Made by a program: the position numbers and the translations under genes. Positions 11,337-24,021 of a stretch of DNA of 60,866 nucleotides are shown one piece after another. The DNA lies in contig MQRK01223612.1 of NCBI GenBank assembly GCA_001938485.1, forward strand, positions 1 to 60,866. Direction: 5' to 3'. The notes beneath the pieces were generated by a model. That model was given only the letters and a program-made list of their open reading frames with translations, ran no database searches and had not been told where the DNA came from. Positions within the stretch are counted from its first letter, which is position 1; every line of letters begins with the position of its first letter. The stretch comes from Girardia tigrina (taxonomy: Eukaryota).

Positions 11337-12029
11337 AGCACAAGCAAATAACCGAATAAAAAAATAAAAATTAATTAAAACATGAATACATACTTCATAA
11401 CAATAGATTTTCTCTGACTCAGCTAATAGGTTTTCTTTGACTCGGCTCTTCCTAACAATAGATTCTCTCTGTATCGGTTTTGTTCAATTAATAACCAAGA
11501 TTTGAGGAATAATGAAAATTCAACAAATTTTCTCTCTAACAAAAAAAAAATTGCGTGCGGCCTTATATACTTCCATCCGAATCGTTCAAATGTTCACGCA
11601 GGATGTGCGTGATCAACAGGATCATGAGGTAATTTTTTTGTTTTGTCATTCACATATTTATTAAATTCACGCAAGATATTCGTGAATAAACCATCTGGAA
11701 TGTCGACTAGAATTCCAAATGTCAGATGTAAGTACATATTAATTAATTCATATTTTTAATTATCTTTAATTTTCTAGCTTGGCCCCAAGCAGCGAATTGG
11801 AATCCCGACCCGATTCGACGCCCCGACAAGCTGAGAGTCATTTAACACTACATGAGGATAGTCTAGTTTGACTATCCTCAAACACTCTGAACACGGGCTC
11901 TCATGCGTAAGGGGTGTCGGGTTTGGGACAGGGTTTATATGCAGCTACCTCAGGAAAATGAAAGGGTTTGTGTAATTATATCTCTGTCGTAACAACGAGT
12001 TAAACCTAATTACAAGCAATAATCGAGTA

Positions 12030-12420
12030 TCCGGACGAAGGGTTTTGAGAAGCGGTGCGGCAGCCCATAGCATGCACAGAGGCACGTGGGCTGACCATCA
12101 CTTGTTTCTTCGAAGTGTCCTCGCCAGATATAAATAAATAAAATCGACCTTGACGAAATCGAAGAAAATAAAATCAAAAATCATCCCCTCCAGAAACTGA
12201 GTTACCAGTCGGGTCATCCTCGTTACTGGTCAAGAACCCAAAGGTGCTCTAATGTTTACACAACTTGTTGATGTAAGCAAAGGAGGCGCGTCTGCTCCCC
12301 AAGTGTAGTGAGTATCTATGTAGAGAAATAGTGATTGTTAGAATGATTGCCGTTGAACTCTAAGAAAACGAATGGTGGCTCAGAGCCATCATTAATGTTG
12401 TTTTGAAGGGGAGCACGACA
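12030..12420 (-). ncRNA. Family-A structured domain, full
   Basis: Reverse-complement homolog of 9670-10050 with all blocks in the same order. Confidence 0.7.
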
Positions 12421-13747
12421 TAATAATAATAAACAAATTAACCAAATAAACTTTTATTGATATTCAGCAATAATCACATCATTCAAAGTAATTAAAGACA
12501 AAAATAAAATAAGAATAAAAAATGAAATTAAATTAAATACAATAAAATAGTAATAATCGATCCATACCTTTAAAGTAGAATTAATAGAATTAAAATAACA
12601 GTAACATGATCGTGAATTCCAACCGTACTGGATCGACGTACATGGTGCGCATACGCACCGATCAGTATTTATTGTACTGACCGACGGTTGCACCGGTTCA
12701 CTGACCGGTGTGCGCGATCGCGATCGATCGTCTCCGTACCCCGGCTTCAAATGGTGTGTCGTCGGCATACCGGTAAGTATATTATATTATTATATGATTT
12801 ATTGATTTTTGCTTCAGCTAACGCTTCTCACAACCATCACTGTGCTGATCGATCAATTTAATGTATATATTTTTTTAATTTTATTAAGAATAGGTACGGA
12901 TCAAATTGCAACATTTCGTTTCGATTGAAACACACTAATTATTACGAGAATCTGTTTTGGAAAGGAATCGCAACATTTCATCAGCAAGTATACACTGTTT
13001 GATTTTATAATTGTTATTTTATACTTTATATTTTACTATTTTAACGTCTATCTGTACTTAGTGTAATAAAATTAATCCATTTTGGATGACCTAATGGTAT
13101 TTATTTACTTATTTCGGACGATGACGCTCACTCTAATATTTAAAAACGCAGTAATGAAGGGAAATTTTAACACCATTTTGTGGTGTACAAGAGTCTTGAA
13201 GGTACTTGGTAGAGTTCGAGTAGACGACGGTAGGGCAACAATTGCGAGAGAGAGTGCGACATAAAGAAGGAGACATAATTTGTACTCCTTATCTGTCAAC
13301 AGAGTAGTAAATTAATAAATGTGTTATAAGTAATTAATAAATGTGTAATAAGTAAATAAATGAAGTAGCAAATGAATGAATCCTCAACCATGAATATTTT
13401 GATTATAATAGCAATTGATTAGGGTTTGACTTAGCATTTGGTTTAATGGTTGATTTAATTAATTTTTTGTTAAGCTTAATTTTAATCGATTTGATAGTAT
13501 TTGATTTATTATAGTAACATTTAGTCGAGAATATTATTTGATATTTTTAGATAGAAATACTTTTAATAGAAATCATATATGGTTATATTATTTAAATAGA
13601 AAGGTTTCAGATAATTCGAAATAATTATTTAAAAGATTCCGTTTCCTTTCAATACACGATTCTGAACAATGTTTAATTGCAACAATTAGATAAACAGATT
13701 TTATATTAATAAAAATAAAAATGTATTGATAAAAATGTTTTTGTAAA

Positions 13748-14268
13748 TCTTTATCTTATAAAAGCCCAAGTCACTCACTGCCTGCCTCACTGCCTCACTA
13801 ACGCTGTAAGGTAAATTTTTGAAATGATTTTATAATCAATAAAGAAATGATTGTATATTAATTGTATATTATATATTGTATATTTTTTATTTTTTATTTT
13901 TTTTTATTTTTTTTTATAAAAGCCTAAGTCACTCACTGCCTGCCTCACTGTCTCACTAACGCTGTAAGGTAAATTTTTGAAATGATTTTATAATCAATAA
14001 AGAAATGATTGTATATTAATAAATAAATATTAGACTGATATTAGAATGAATGCGATTTTTGTAACCGTAATTTCTTAAATATCATTTTGTCTCGAGATAT
14101 GATTTTCAAACTTTGCATTATTAAACAGAAATAAAAACTTTTGTTATACGATTTTTTATACTCGAAACACTGAAATTTTCAATAAAAATGCTTTCAGAAA
14201 AAAGTCGCGTGATCTAATAACATGAACCCCCAGCAAGAGAGGGCCGCGAAGCGGGCCGAGCGCGCTAG
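13748..14268 (+). mobile_element. Non-autonomous Helitron
   Basis: A|TCTTTATCTTATAAAAG 5' end, GC-rich hairpin GGCCGCGAAGCGGGCC, then CTAG|T 3' end. Contains an internal duplication of about 155 bp (13756-13862 vs 13914-14020). Confidence 0.85.
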
Positions 14269-14934
14269 TTAATAAATATAAGTCATAAGTAAGAGTAAAT
14301 CAACATGGGCATAGTGAAACCAAATTGTTATTGATGTAAGTTACCATTGCGAATTAAATAAAATAAAACAGTAAAGTATAGAATGGCATTTATATAGTAG
14401 GAATCGTCAATTAACCTTATGAATTCGCAAAATGACGTCGAATACGAAATCGAACGTGAATATTCAAGTATCACTCTAAAAATCATTTCGTCCAAAATTG
14501 TTAGTAAATTTGATTGTTAAAAAATTATTTGAATAAAACATGATCAAGATAAAATGCAGTATTGATACTAGTTTTGTGAACAAATAGCGTCGTCATATAA
14601 AGTAATTGTCATTCTTACGAGGTAGAACAATAAAAGCGAAATGAAATTAATTACTGGAATAATGACATTAATAGAATTAAAAATAAGTCATGACAAAATA
14701 AAAATTAAGTGGAGTGAAAAAAAATAAATTTTTTTCTGTAAAGGTATAATGAATTCTTTAAAGAGTAGTATGGAGATCCGAAGTCAATGATCCGAGAAAC
14801 CTTTTAGCAATGACGAAGGTCATTCCAAACCACCGCCATTCATTTTTGAAGGCTCTCCTCGGTATATAGACTGCACAGCAAAGTTTACCAGTTGGACTCA
14901 AATGTATATATATATGACGAAATAAATTTATAAA

Positions 14935-15100
14935 CATACCCCGTGGATGCTGAGACCACTAGTCGGGCAATACCCGTTACTGGGTAGGACCCGTAGGCGC
15001 TCCGAAACCTACACTACCAGTTAGATGAGCGTGAAAGAGGAGCGTCCGCTCACCTTGCAGAAGTAAAAGTATAGAGTAATAGCGGGTTTCAGTTCCCCGT
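14935..15100 (-). ncRNA. Family-A structured domain, partial
   Basis: The minus strand has a GGTGAGC..GCTCATC stem, GCC-TACG-GGT and CGGGT-ATT-GCCCG. It appears truncated within the pseudoknot. Confidence 0.6.
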
Positions 15101-15651
15101 AATTTTCGAGCACAATTTCAATTGCTATTTTCCTGGTATAATTTATTTTGCAACTATCCGAAGTACGATTTAGAATCAATCCTGAAACCATTATTGGCGT
15201 ACCTTTTATTGACAATCAAGGTAAATTATATGTGGTCATGAATTCTATTTTATTTTTTTTAATTATTTGTAATGTTATATACTGATTAATATAGTTCATT
15301 TAATCTGATTTAGTCTCACTTAATTTTATTCTTATTTAACACTTATTATTAGCAATGAATTCTATTTTATTTTTTTATTATTTGTAATGTTATATAACGA
15401 TTAATATAGTTTATTTATTCTCATTTAATCTTATTCTTACTTAATATTTATTATTGACAATGAATTTTACGTAATAAAAATGAAGGTTACGACGAACAAC
15501 CATTACCAAAATGAAAATTGTAAATCACTTAAGAAGCCCATGATCGTCACACGTTTGTTAGTTGCCAAAGGAGTCGCTGTGAGGATGGATGGGAGTAATC
15601 CTGATCTCCTGGTTGAGAGAGAACTCATGGATACGAGTCTTGACTGAGGGG

Positions 15652-16029
15652 TGTAACGTTTCAGGTAAATAGTGTAGATAGAAGAGTTAGGCAGATTAGT
15701 GTAAATGACAGTATGGATAAAATATGTAATCAGCGTGAAATAGTGAGTAATGTAGTAAATAAATCGAGCGGCTCGATATTTAATTTAGCAATAATTAATT
15801 CAGCATGATGAATCTTATTTTAATCAATTCTTATTTTGTCATTTAATTTTACTTTTCTTTCACTTTTTTTTAGTTTATTTATTTTAATCTTAACTGTAAA
15901 TTTAATTTGATTTGAACAAGTGGCAAGATAATGATAACAGAGTGATAAAAAGAAACGATAATCACAGGTGAAAACAATGAAAGTGCCATAGTTTTAAGAA
16001 ATATAATGATGGGAGCTTCACTTGTTACA
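15652..16029 (+). mobile_element. Probable short 3' LTR
   Basis: TGTAAC..GTTACA ends, preceded directly by the purine run GAGGGG (PPT-like). Confidence 0.45.
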
Positions 16030-16689
16030 GCAATCTTCACTATTATTAAAACTTCTTAGCAACGTTCATTTAGTCTATGTATATTTATGTATATAATTAT
16101 TCTTTTATTATTCCAATTAATCATTTCATTTAATTAACTGCTTTAACTGCTTTTTTTAACCATTTCGTCTCGTTCATTAACCGGTGTAATTAAGTCTCAT
16201 TTTTAGTGTCACCAATATAATATTTTGTTAATGATCTTTCTTAATATATGTAAGTCAAACTTCGTGTTCCAACTTTCATATGTACAAATCGGTGGTTTGT
16301 TCGAAGCGGTTTAGACCAAACTTATCCCTACTATTACAATAATTAACCATTCCGACGTTAAAGCCGCATTGAGGAGATCACGGATAAAAAAATGATAAAA
16401 CGACACATACCAAAATCGGAAAAATAAAATGATGTGAATCTAAAATCAGAAATGCATAAAATAATGTGAACCTAAACTCAGATCGAAAGAGACGAGAATG
16501 ATGAGGTCGATGGGGATATGAATTTTTACGGGAGCAGAAGTCGCTCAACTAATGAGAACATAAGTTCGAATGAACTCGCACAAAGTCATTGTGTGTAACT
16601 ATACCAATAGATTGGCTAATAAGAGATGTATTTATATAACGTCGTGAGAGAGATAAAAGATTCAAATATTAAAGAATATGGGTGACTAG

Positions 16690-17073
16690 GACGAAGAACC
16701 TTCTGGAGGTGACGCAGGCCGACTGTAGCATGCAATGGGCACGCGGTCGACCGGCGTTGTTTCCTGACGTCTCTCTCCGTCCGATTTAATTGATAAACTA
16801 ACACAACAAAATACTTAGTTATAGGGTGAAACAATATCAACCCATTTGGACATTGAGACTACCAGTCGGGCCATACCTGTTACTAATTCGAACCCGAAGG
16901 CGCTCCGAAGCACACACAACTTGTTGATGTGCGCGGAAGAGACGCGTCTATTCCCTCAAACAGTGAATAATTATCGAAAGGAATAAGTAGTGCATAAGAG
17001 TTGCCGTTGAATTCTACAAACGGATGGGGGCTCTAAGCTAACAAAAATGTTGCCGAGAGGAGGGAAGACGACA
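16690..17073 (-). ncRNA. Family-A structured domain, full; far end of the element not found
   Basis: TGTCGTC terminus at 17073, followed by the pseudoknot, GCC-TTCG-GGT and the long stem GGTCGAC..GTCGGCC. Confidence 0.7.
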
Positions 17074-17591
17074 AATGAAATTGTGATCGTTTCTCAAGAG
17101 GACACACACAAACGCAGACACCACTAATCAACATCCACATTTACCAAGACATACTCGCATTGACAAAAAAAGAAGACACACACGCACACACTCACACACC
17201 ATGAATCATATTTACAAAACACAAAGGATATGTATCTACACAATTTTACAATTTCATTATTTACACACACTTTCTAATCGATTCAAATTGGTACATTTAA
17301 ATGGACAAAGAAACCCAATCTTATATTATATTTGGAATTCCTCATTAACGACTTTTAACAATTACTATTTATTTTTGCTACATAAAGTATTAAATTGACT
17401 CGAAATTCAAATTATTATTATTTTAATCATTTTAAGTTTAATTCCTTTATTTAATTAATTTATTTTCATTTTAATTTATTTTATTTTATTTATAAATTTA
17501 AAGATAAATAAATAACTAATTTAACCATAAATAAATAAATCAATAATTTAAATAAATCTTTCGGTCAAACCGACTAATTTCCGCTCCAACA
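17074..17591 (-). mobile_element. Family-B terminus (TGTTGGAGCGG) with CA-rich leader, abutting a family-A copy
   Basis: TTCGGTCAAA..AATTTCCGCTCCAACA matches 27203-27235 and 56493-56524. Confidence 0.6.
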
Positions 17592-17669
17592 TCTATTCAC
17601 TCAATTGACAATAATAATTAGTATTAATAATATTATAAATCTTATTTTAATAATTACTAAATCTTAAAT

Positions 17670-17866
17670 TCAGTCAAGGAATTCGAGTCCAGTTGAATCA
17701 GAAACATTTAGTAAGTGAGTCACAAGTCGAGTCATTTTTTTCAAATCGAGTCTATATTGTTTTAAACGAGTCACGAGTCGAGTTGAGTAAGTTTAATAAT
17801 TTTTCGAGTCTAGTCTGAGGAGAGTCGGTTGGTGGACTTAAGTCTCGAATCTAGTCGACAACATTG
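17670..17866 (-). repeat. GAGTC-motif array, likely the subterminal region of a hAT-type non-autonomous element
   Basis: Many (C)GAGTC copies end at GTCGACAACATTG (reverse complement CAATGTTGTCGAC). Confidence 0.5.
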
Positions 17867-18105
17867 ACAGCCAGTGTTATTTTCCATATCACATGTTAAT
17901 TTTTATCCAAATCTGATTTTTTTTCTTTTCAGTTCGTTCTTTTCGCTTGTCTGTAATTGATTCTTTCGAGAATATGTTGCATCGCAATCAAAACGGTATT
18001 CATATAGAACATCACATCTTTCCGACCGGGTTTGATCAATAATTGATCCCAATAATATCTTTCACTAGTAGTTCTCAACATCAATTTGTCTTTCTGCTTC
18101 TTTAA

Positions 18106-18364
18106 CCCTTCCAGTACCATGCTGTGTAACGTGTGCACATTCTAATCACTTAAATATATCTATGTTATTTTGATAATTCAGTCGACGATCGATATTTTTC
18201 ATGAATTTAGCAGATAAATTTCATTATTATTATATGTTAACTTCTACCATAAGAAATTTCAATGAATATTTCTATTTATATCGATTTTAAACCATTCGTT
18301 TCTGAATGTGTAGCTAATACACAGCACGGTAACACGCGTATTTTTTAGCACAGTAAGGGAAAGG
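18106..18364. mobile_element. piggyBac-type MITE
   Basis: TTAA on both sides, with degenerate TIRs CCCTTCCAGTACCATGCT / AGCACAGTAAGGGAAAGG. Confidence 0.65.
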
Positions 18365-20055
18365 TTAATAAACTTCGTTTTGATTTTTGTAATTCAACAT
18401 CACTTTTTTCTCATACGATTTATTATACCTCTATCTGTAAACCCTGGTAGGTAAGCATTCGCTCGGCGAACAATCGTAATCCTTGATGACTGGATGTTCA
18501 AAGTTAACAATGTTAATTATGACAACCCTGAAATATTGAGATAACTATGTTTACTTTATTTTTCCCCTTTAATCTTGTTTTGTCGAATATCTCTACATTT
18601 GTCGCAAACGAAATAGGCATCACCACATTCAAACAATGCATAATTATTTACCAGAAACATTCTTAAACCACATTACATCCACATTATTATTAAAAACATA
18701 TTTAACCTTTATTTAATTTAATAAATTTTCTTAAACTTAAAATTTTTATTCCTTTGAAATTTTATTTAATTATTTATTTTACTTAATTATTTATTCTTCT
18801 ATTCTGTCAATCCAATAATTTTTCACTCCAATTACATAATTATAAAGAATGGAATAAAAAAAATCCTCATCGCTTTAGGAACCTTTACAATTTAGTATTA
18901 ATTGAAACTACACAGTCCCTTGTGGCTGTCGAGTCTGTAATACATATTGACAGACGTACTTCATTGAAGAGAAATCATGCCCAGTAGAAGAACAAGTGTT
19001 GTTTTGAGATTAGTAGTAATATAATTAAATATAGAAGATGGAAGAAAGTTCGAGGCTAAACACTCCATGCATCTAATCTCAGTGTGATGCGCAGAATAAC
19101 ATCTGCAAGTTAGGGAAACATATTGTGGTATGTTAAAACCAACAAATCAGAAGTAATTTGTTCTAATAGTAGACGTTACAACAACCATTTGTAAATAATT
19201 AATTAAAAACTGAATATTTCTCAAAAATAGGTCTATCAACTAGCACCTGTTACTAGATTTAAATGAATCAGGATTAAGATCCATGAATTCCTCGATTTAT
19301 CAATTGAAAAATTATAGGTGTGAAAACAAATGCTGCGGTAATTTACACCAAAAATTTTTTTTGTTTTTTAGATTTTTTTCTATACGAGATGAATATTTCA
19401 TTACTGCTCAAAAACATCGATTGAAACTAATTGAAAAGCGAAAGCGATAGTCATACTTCATTTTTAGAAATATATTCTTCAAAGTTCAAATATTTTCTCT
19501 CATTGGACTTTCGCATTTTTCTTTATTCTTGAGGTGCTCCGATCAATCAATCGACAAAAAAAACAATAAAAAAACTGACTTTTGTTTAATTAAATGAAAC
19601 ACTAATTTGTGAACTAAATTTAAATTTTGTAATTTTTCGAATAAATAAATGTTTCAAATGAAATCGAATTTTTAATCTTTGTTTCGTCGTTTGATCGATC
19701 CACAACTGAAACCGTTCTGTTCGGACCGACCGACACCTCACTCGAGGTGTCGATACACGGACGAAACACAAATCAATCGACCGATCATCATACAAGACGG
19801 GACCGATAGCCAAACGCAGGGCGACACAAAACAGGGAATCACCACGAGTCGGTCACGGGACCGACATCAAATGACGTGGTCACTGGACCCGATCGGTACA
19901 CAGCCGCCGTTGAACCGATACGCTATTATTTCGAGCACCGAGTCCAGGAACATTAAAGAGATGCAGGTCTCCATAGCTTGATACGTTCGTTCAACAGATT
20001 GTGGATTTCTTTTGTTAAAATGGATTTATAGAAGGATTCTATTGTTTCTGAATCA

Positions 20056-20310
20056 TGTCACGACTCTCTTGAGTTAGAACATTTTTAAAAGCTCTTGAGC
20101 CCCCAGTGGTTATAAAGGGTCAACCACAACCCAATGTCGCTTTATGAGTTCATTTATTTATTCCCTTGAATGTGTTTGCACCTAAATGGGTCGGATGCCT
20201 CTTCTCACCTGACATCTGACTAGTAGTGCCAAGCTCGAAGGGCCTGCGGGTTCAGTTTAAAGATAGGACGGGCTGTGGGCCCCTCTGTCTCGTGTTGCTC
20301 GGGGATGATT
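20056..20310 (+). ncRNA. Family-A structured domain
   Basis: GTGGTT/AACCAC plus GGGT/ACCC (20106-20132), GCC-TGCG-GGT (20242-20251), AGATAG/CTGTCT enclosing GGGC/GCCC, and GGGGATGAT. Confidence 0.7.
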
Positions 20311-21664
20311 TCGTGCTAGGTAACATTTATATTCTTAGTGAATGCGTCTCATGCTGGTTATAACTACTGTGTTGTATGTGCCATCTGTAACATTTACTGT
20401 GGGTGCCGCTCATGCCACGTTTGTCGGTGTGTCTAAAACTATGGAGATATCGTCATTAATATTATTAATATTATTATCATTGTATACATAACAGTCTGCG
20501 CATCAACAACTAGTATCAACGACGGGTTTACGGTATTCACTTTACACCTCATTTACTAATTATTATAATATCATTATTGTATGTTGCTATGTAACCGCAT
20601 ATTGTCATTTTATTCTTATTAATTCTAAGAGTAATCATTTGTACACTTTCTATCGACAACAAATAACGCGTTTATATTTACGAAAAGACTTTTTGCTTTA
20701 TTTATATATTATTTATATATACATAAAATCACTCCTCTAATCACAATATTCAGTGTTCGATGTTGTGCGGATTTATTTACTCAGAACGGATTTTCATATT
20801 TCAGTTTGTTTAATACCAGGTAGAATCATACCAATATAATAATTCATCATACTATTAACCTATCTAATATTCAAATACGAGCTCGCTAGGCTTAATTTCT
20901 AAAACTCAGTCATTTAATATTAGTAATTCTTCGTCTCAAATATCTACAACGATTCATTTATGACTGGGCTCGTTTTATTGATTGATTACTTACAACATAC
21001 AGACATATCTCGATTTCAGGTCCCTGCGGACCGATGTATCATTACCATCAGAACGAAACCATTCTCTCTCTGTAAGACTTCACTGCCACTGGAGTTACTA
21101 ATTTGAGCAACAAGTTTGTAGCGTGCTACATTTGACGATCGGATTTCTTATCTTTCTAATGGATAAACGAGGATAACAACGACGGCTGGAACGAAAATTA
21201 ACTTCCTATTAACTTCCTAAAAGAGAAATTATCACTTAAACACTCGGATTATTTACAAATAGACAATAAAAAAGTTTGTATATATATATATATATATATA
21301 TGTATACAAAAAAAATAAAAAAAATAAAAAAACAATATTTTAAAAAATTTAAATTACAGAAAGATTTTTTAATACAAAGATATTTATAAGATATATATAT
21401 TTTTTTGCGATATTTTTCGCAATTGATAAGAAAAGGAAAAATTCTATTAAATCCGAACCGGTCACAAAGAAACTGAAACTTGCCAATGAAAAAATCGATA
21501 TATATATATATTATATATATAATATATATATACCAATGTTCTCGTTGGTATTGATTCGAAAGGATTGTGTCTCAATATGGGATTATATATATAATTATAT
21601 ATATATATATATATNNNNNNNNNNNNNNNNNNNNNNNNNNNNNNNNNNNNNNNNNNNNNNNNNN

Positions 21665-21704
<40 letters not shown>

Positions 21705-22875
21705 CAGGTTAATAATTCAACATTGTTACATAAAGATAATAATTACAAGAACGATATCGATACGGCCCGGAGGATAGTTCTGTGCCAATCAGTTCCCTAC
21801 GGTTGTATATTTCACCTGTCGACATGTCAGTAAACGGAAGTGCCTATCTCGGGAATTAGGATTGCGCCCTCTTGATTAGCTCGTTGCTCGCTGCGCTCGT
21901 CTTTCGTCTCGTTGTCAGATGCTGCTAACAACTTGTCTATTTGGTTCTGTCGAATATTTCGCTCTGTCAAAATTTTGCTGATTGGCGTTCTTTTATCTGT
22001 CAGTTGTCTAGAATTTTCGAAATGATTTTTGATTGTCGTCTCTAGTCTACAAATTACCGTCATATTTATAACAACATTTCTTGTATATTGTTGTGTCTTT
22101 TCGTCGTGGAACTATTTCATTGGCGCAAATTGTTGTTTCTGGAATTTCATTTGTCGGGGTCTATACAACATGCCGATTTCTGATAGTGGTTCTGTCATTC
22201 TCAGAACACATGATCGGTATTATTCATTGATAAATCGTGCTGATTAATCGCATGATGGTTATTTTTGGATTTACGGTTGACTCACGGTAATTCTTAATTA
22301 TTTTTTCTATTTTAATTGGTTTTTCTTTATATTTCAGGGTCTTATACCTCTGCTCAGGAAGATACCAGTGTCTCGCGGGCTTCATTTAGGGACTCGGCTT
22401 GCGAAGATATTTCAGGAGAGGGTCGGATGACCTTCCATCTTTACTGTGAAGTTCGGTAAGGAATTTTATTATTTTTTGGTTTCGTTTTAATTAACTTTTT
22501 CTTTCTTAAGGCTTACAACTTTTCTCGGGGATATGTGATCTTCAGAGGTGTTATCTCTATGAACTCATCTAACGATATTCTATCTAGGGGAAAATATTCG
22601 TTCGATTTCTTTTATCAGGTGGGTTTCTATTCATCGTTTTCTATTTTCTTTATGTCGTGTTTTAGCCTTTATGATATTCTCACTGCTCGATCGGACTGCG
22701 AGGGGATCAATAACAATTCCGGACAACTTCGTTAACCTCTGCATGTAATGTGATACGGCGGTTAAATATATGTATTAAAGTAATGTCTTACTTTCTTGTC
22801 CTTCTTTGTGCTTGCTGAATGTTATGTTTGGTAACCTGCATATGTGTGTACTAAAATAGTTTTTTGACCGCAACA
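20056..22875 (+). mobile_element. Family-A element (TGTCACG..GACCGCAACA)
   Basis: TSD ATCA (20052-20055, 22876-22879). Same termini and intron positions as 5644-8202. Contains an N gap. Confidence 0.85.
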
Positions 22876-24021
22876 ATCACTAGAAATTTCTGATTGATTC
22901 AAATTTGCTTTTTGTTATTAGATTTTTTTGATTTTTTTCGACAAAAAGCAAAATGAAATAATTTATTGAATTAGAATTAGAAAGATGTTTTGTCGTCATC
23001 TTTATCGAAATTATATACGACACTACGGAAATCTTTTAGAGTTATTAACTCGAGTTTATTGACTAGTCATCAATACTCGGCGTAGATAATCGTAGCTGTT
23101 TGTTGTCACTCTGGATCGTTTCAGATTATCCTCGTCTGGTTGGTCCGATATTCCACTTGGAAACCGCCTAGATTCCTTGTCGTCGTGTGGATTATCGTTC
23201 ATCCTTATTGTTGTGCATCTCACTTTGAATTTTTAACTTCTACATAACTATATATATTATTACTTTATTTATATTATATATTTATATTATGTATTATTAT
23301 ATTGTTATATTATGTATTTATATTATCTATTTATTTTTATGAATTTATTTTATGTATTATTATGTATGTAATTATTATTATTATTATTATTATATACATA
23401 ACTACCATACGTAGTTATGTAGAAATTAAAAAATTAAATTTTGAATTTAAAATTGGTGATCAATAAAATGATCATTGATTTTAATCAGAAATTATATTAC
23501 TTACCTCAAATTAAATTTTTAATTGCCGTAAAAAAAATCAATATTTTTATTAATTAATTATTACGGCTAGAATTATATACAAATTGCCACTGACAACTTA
23601 TGTATTGAGATTTCCTGTTTTTTACGAATTCGTTTCAGTATCTCAACTTTAAAAAGACACAAAAGAAAAGGTCCCGAAACTATTTATTCAATATTTTAAT
23701 TCAAAGTATCAAAAAACACTGCTCAAATTATATTTACGGATATTCCGAGTATTCGAAAGAATAATTGAAGAGAAAATTATCCTGACAATTTGTAGTCAAT
23801 TTCTGGTTGTAACGAACAATTCTGACAGTTTGCAGTCAACTTTATTTTTTTATTGTGATGAACGATTTACAACCCCTACAGTTTGAGTATTTTAGTAGGG
23901 GTTTTTTTGGTTGTGAGTCATACCCAGTTGATTGTTAATCAAGGTGTTACAAATAAATTCTATTGATCCCCTCTCTTAATATTATATAATTATAGTGGTA
24001 ATATAACCCAACTATAATAAC

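Larger units (their letters stand above)
9670..11994 (+). mobile_element. Family-A element (TGTCGTG..CGTAACA), nested, carrying a RING gene
   Basis: TSD ACGA (9666-9669, 11995-11998). The 5' structured domain and the 3' hairpin are shared with the host element. Confidence 0.85.
3886..12420 (-). mobile_element. Family-A element (TGTCGTG..CGTAACA), about 3.6 kb after removing two nested copies; giant solo-LTR-like or non-autonomous
   Basis: TAAT flanks both ends (3882-3885, 12421-12424). Both termini are homologous to those of 9670-11994. Strand is set by the structured end; true polarity is unknown. Confidence 0.75.

Noticed and set aside
12190-12260. HDV-like (TCCTCGT) or twister-sister-like (GGCGCTC) ribozyme assignment
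   Set aside because: These motifs are not conserved across copies, and the required helices cannot be built by eye.
13318-17077. AATG as TSD pairing the 17073 terminus with TGTTATA at 13322
   Set aside because: The 13322 site lies in a local tandem repeat and lacks the family's terminal homology.
17670-17866. CRISPR-like repeat-spacer array
   Set aside because: The motif is only 5-6 nt with irregular spacing, the context is eukaryotic, and no cas genes are present.
18936-19180. TGTAA..TTACA solo LTR
   Set aside because: No matching TSD and no second copy in the window.
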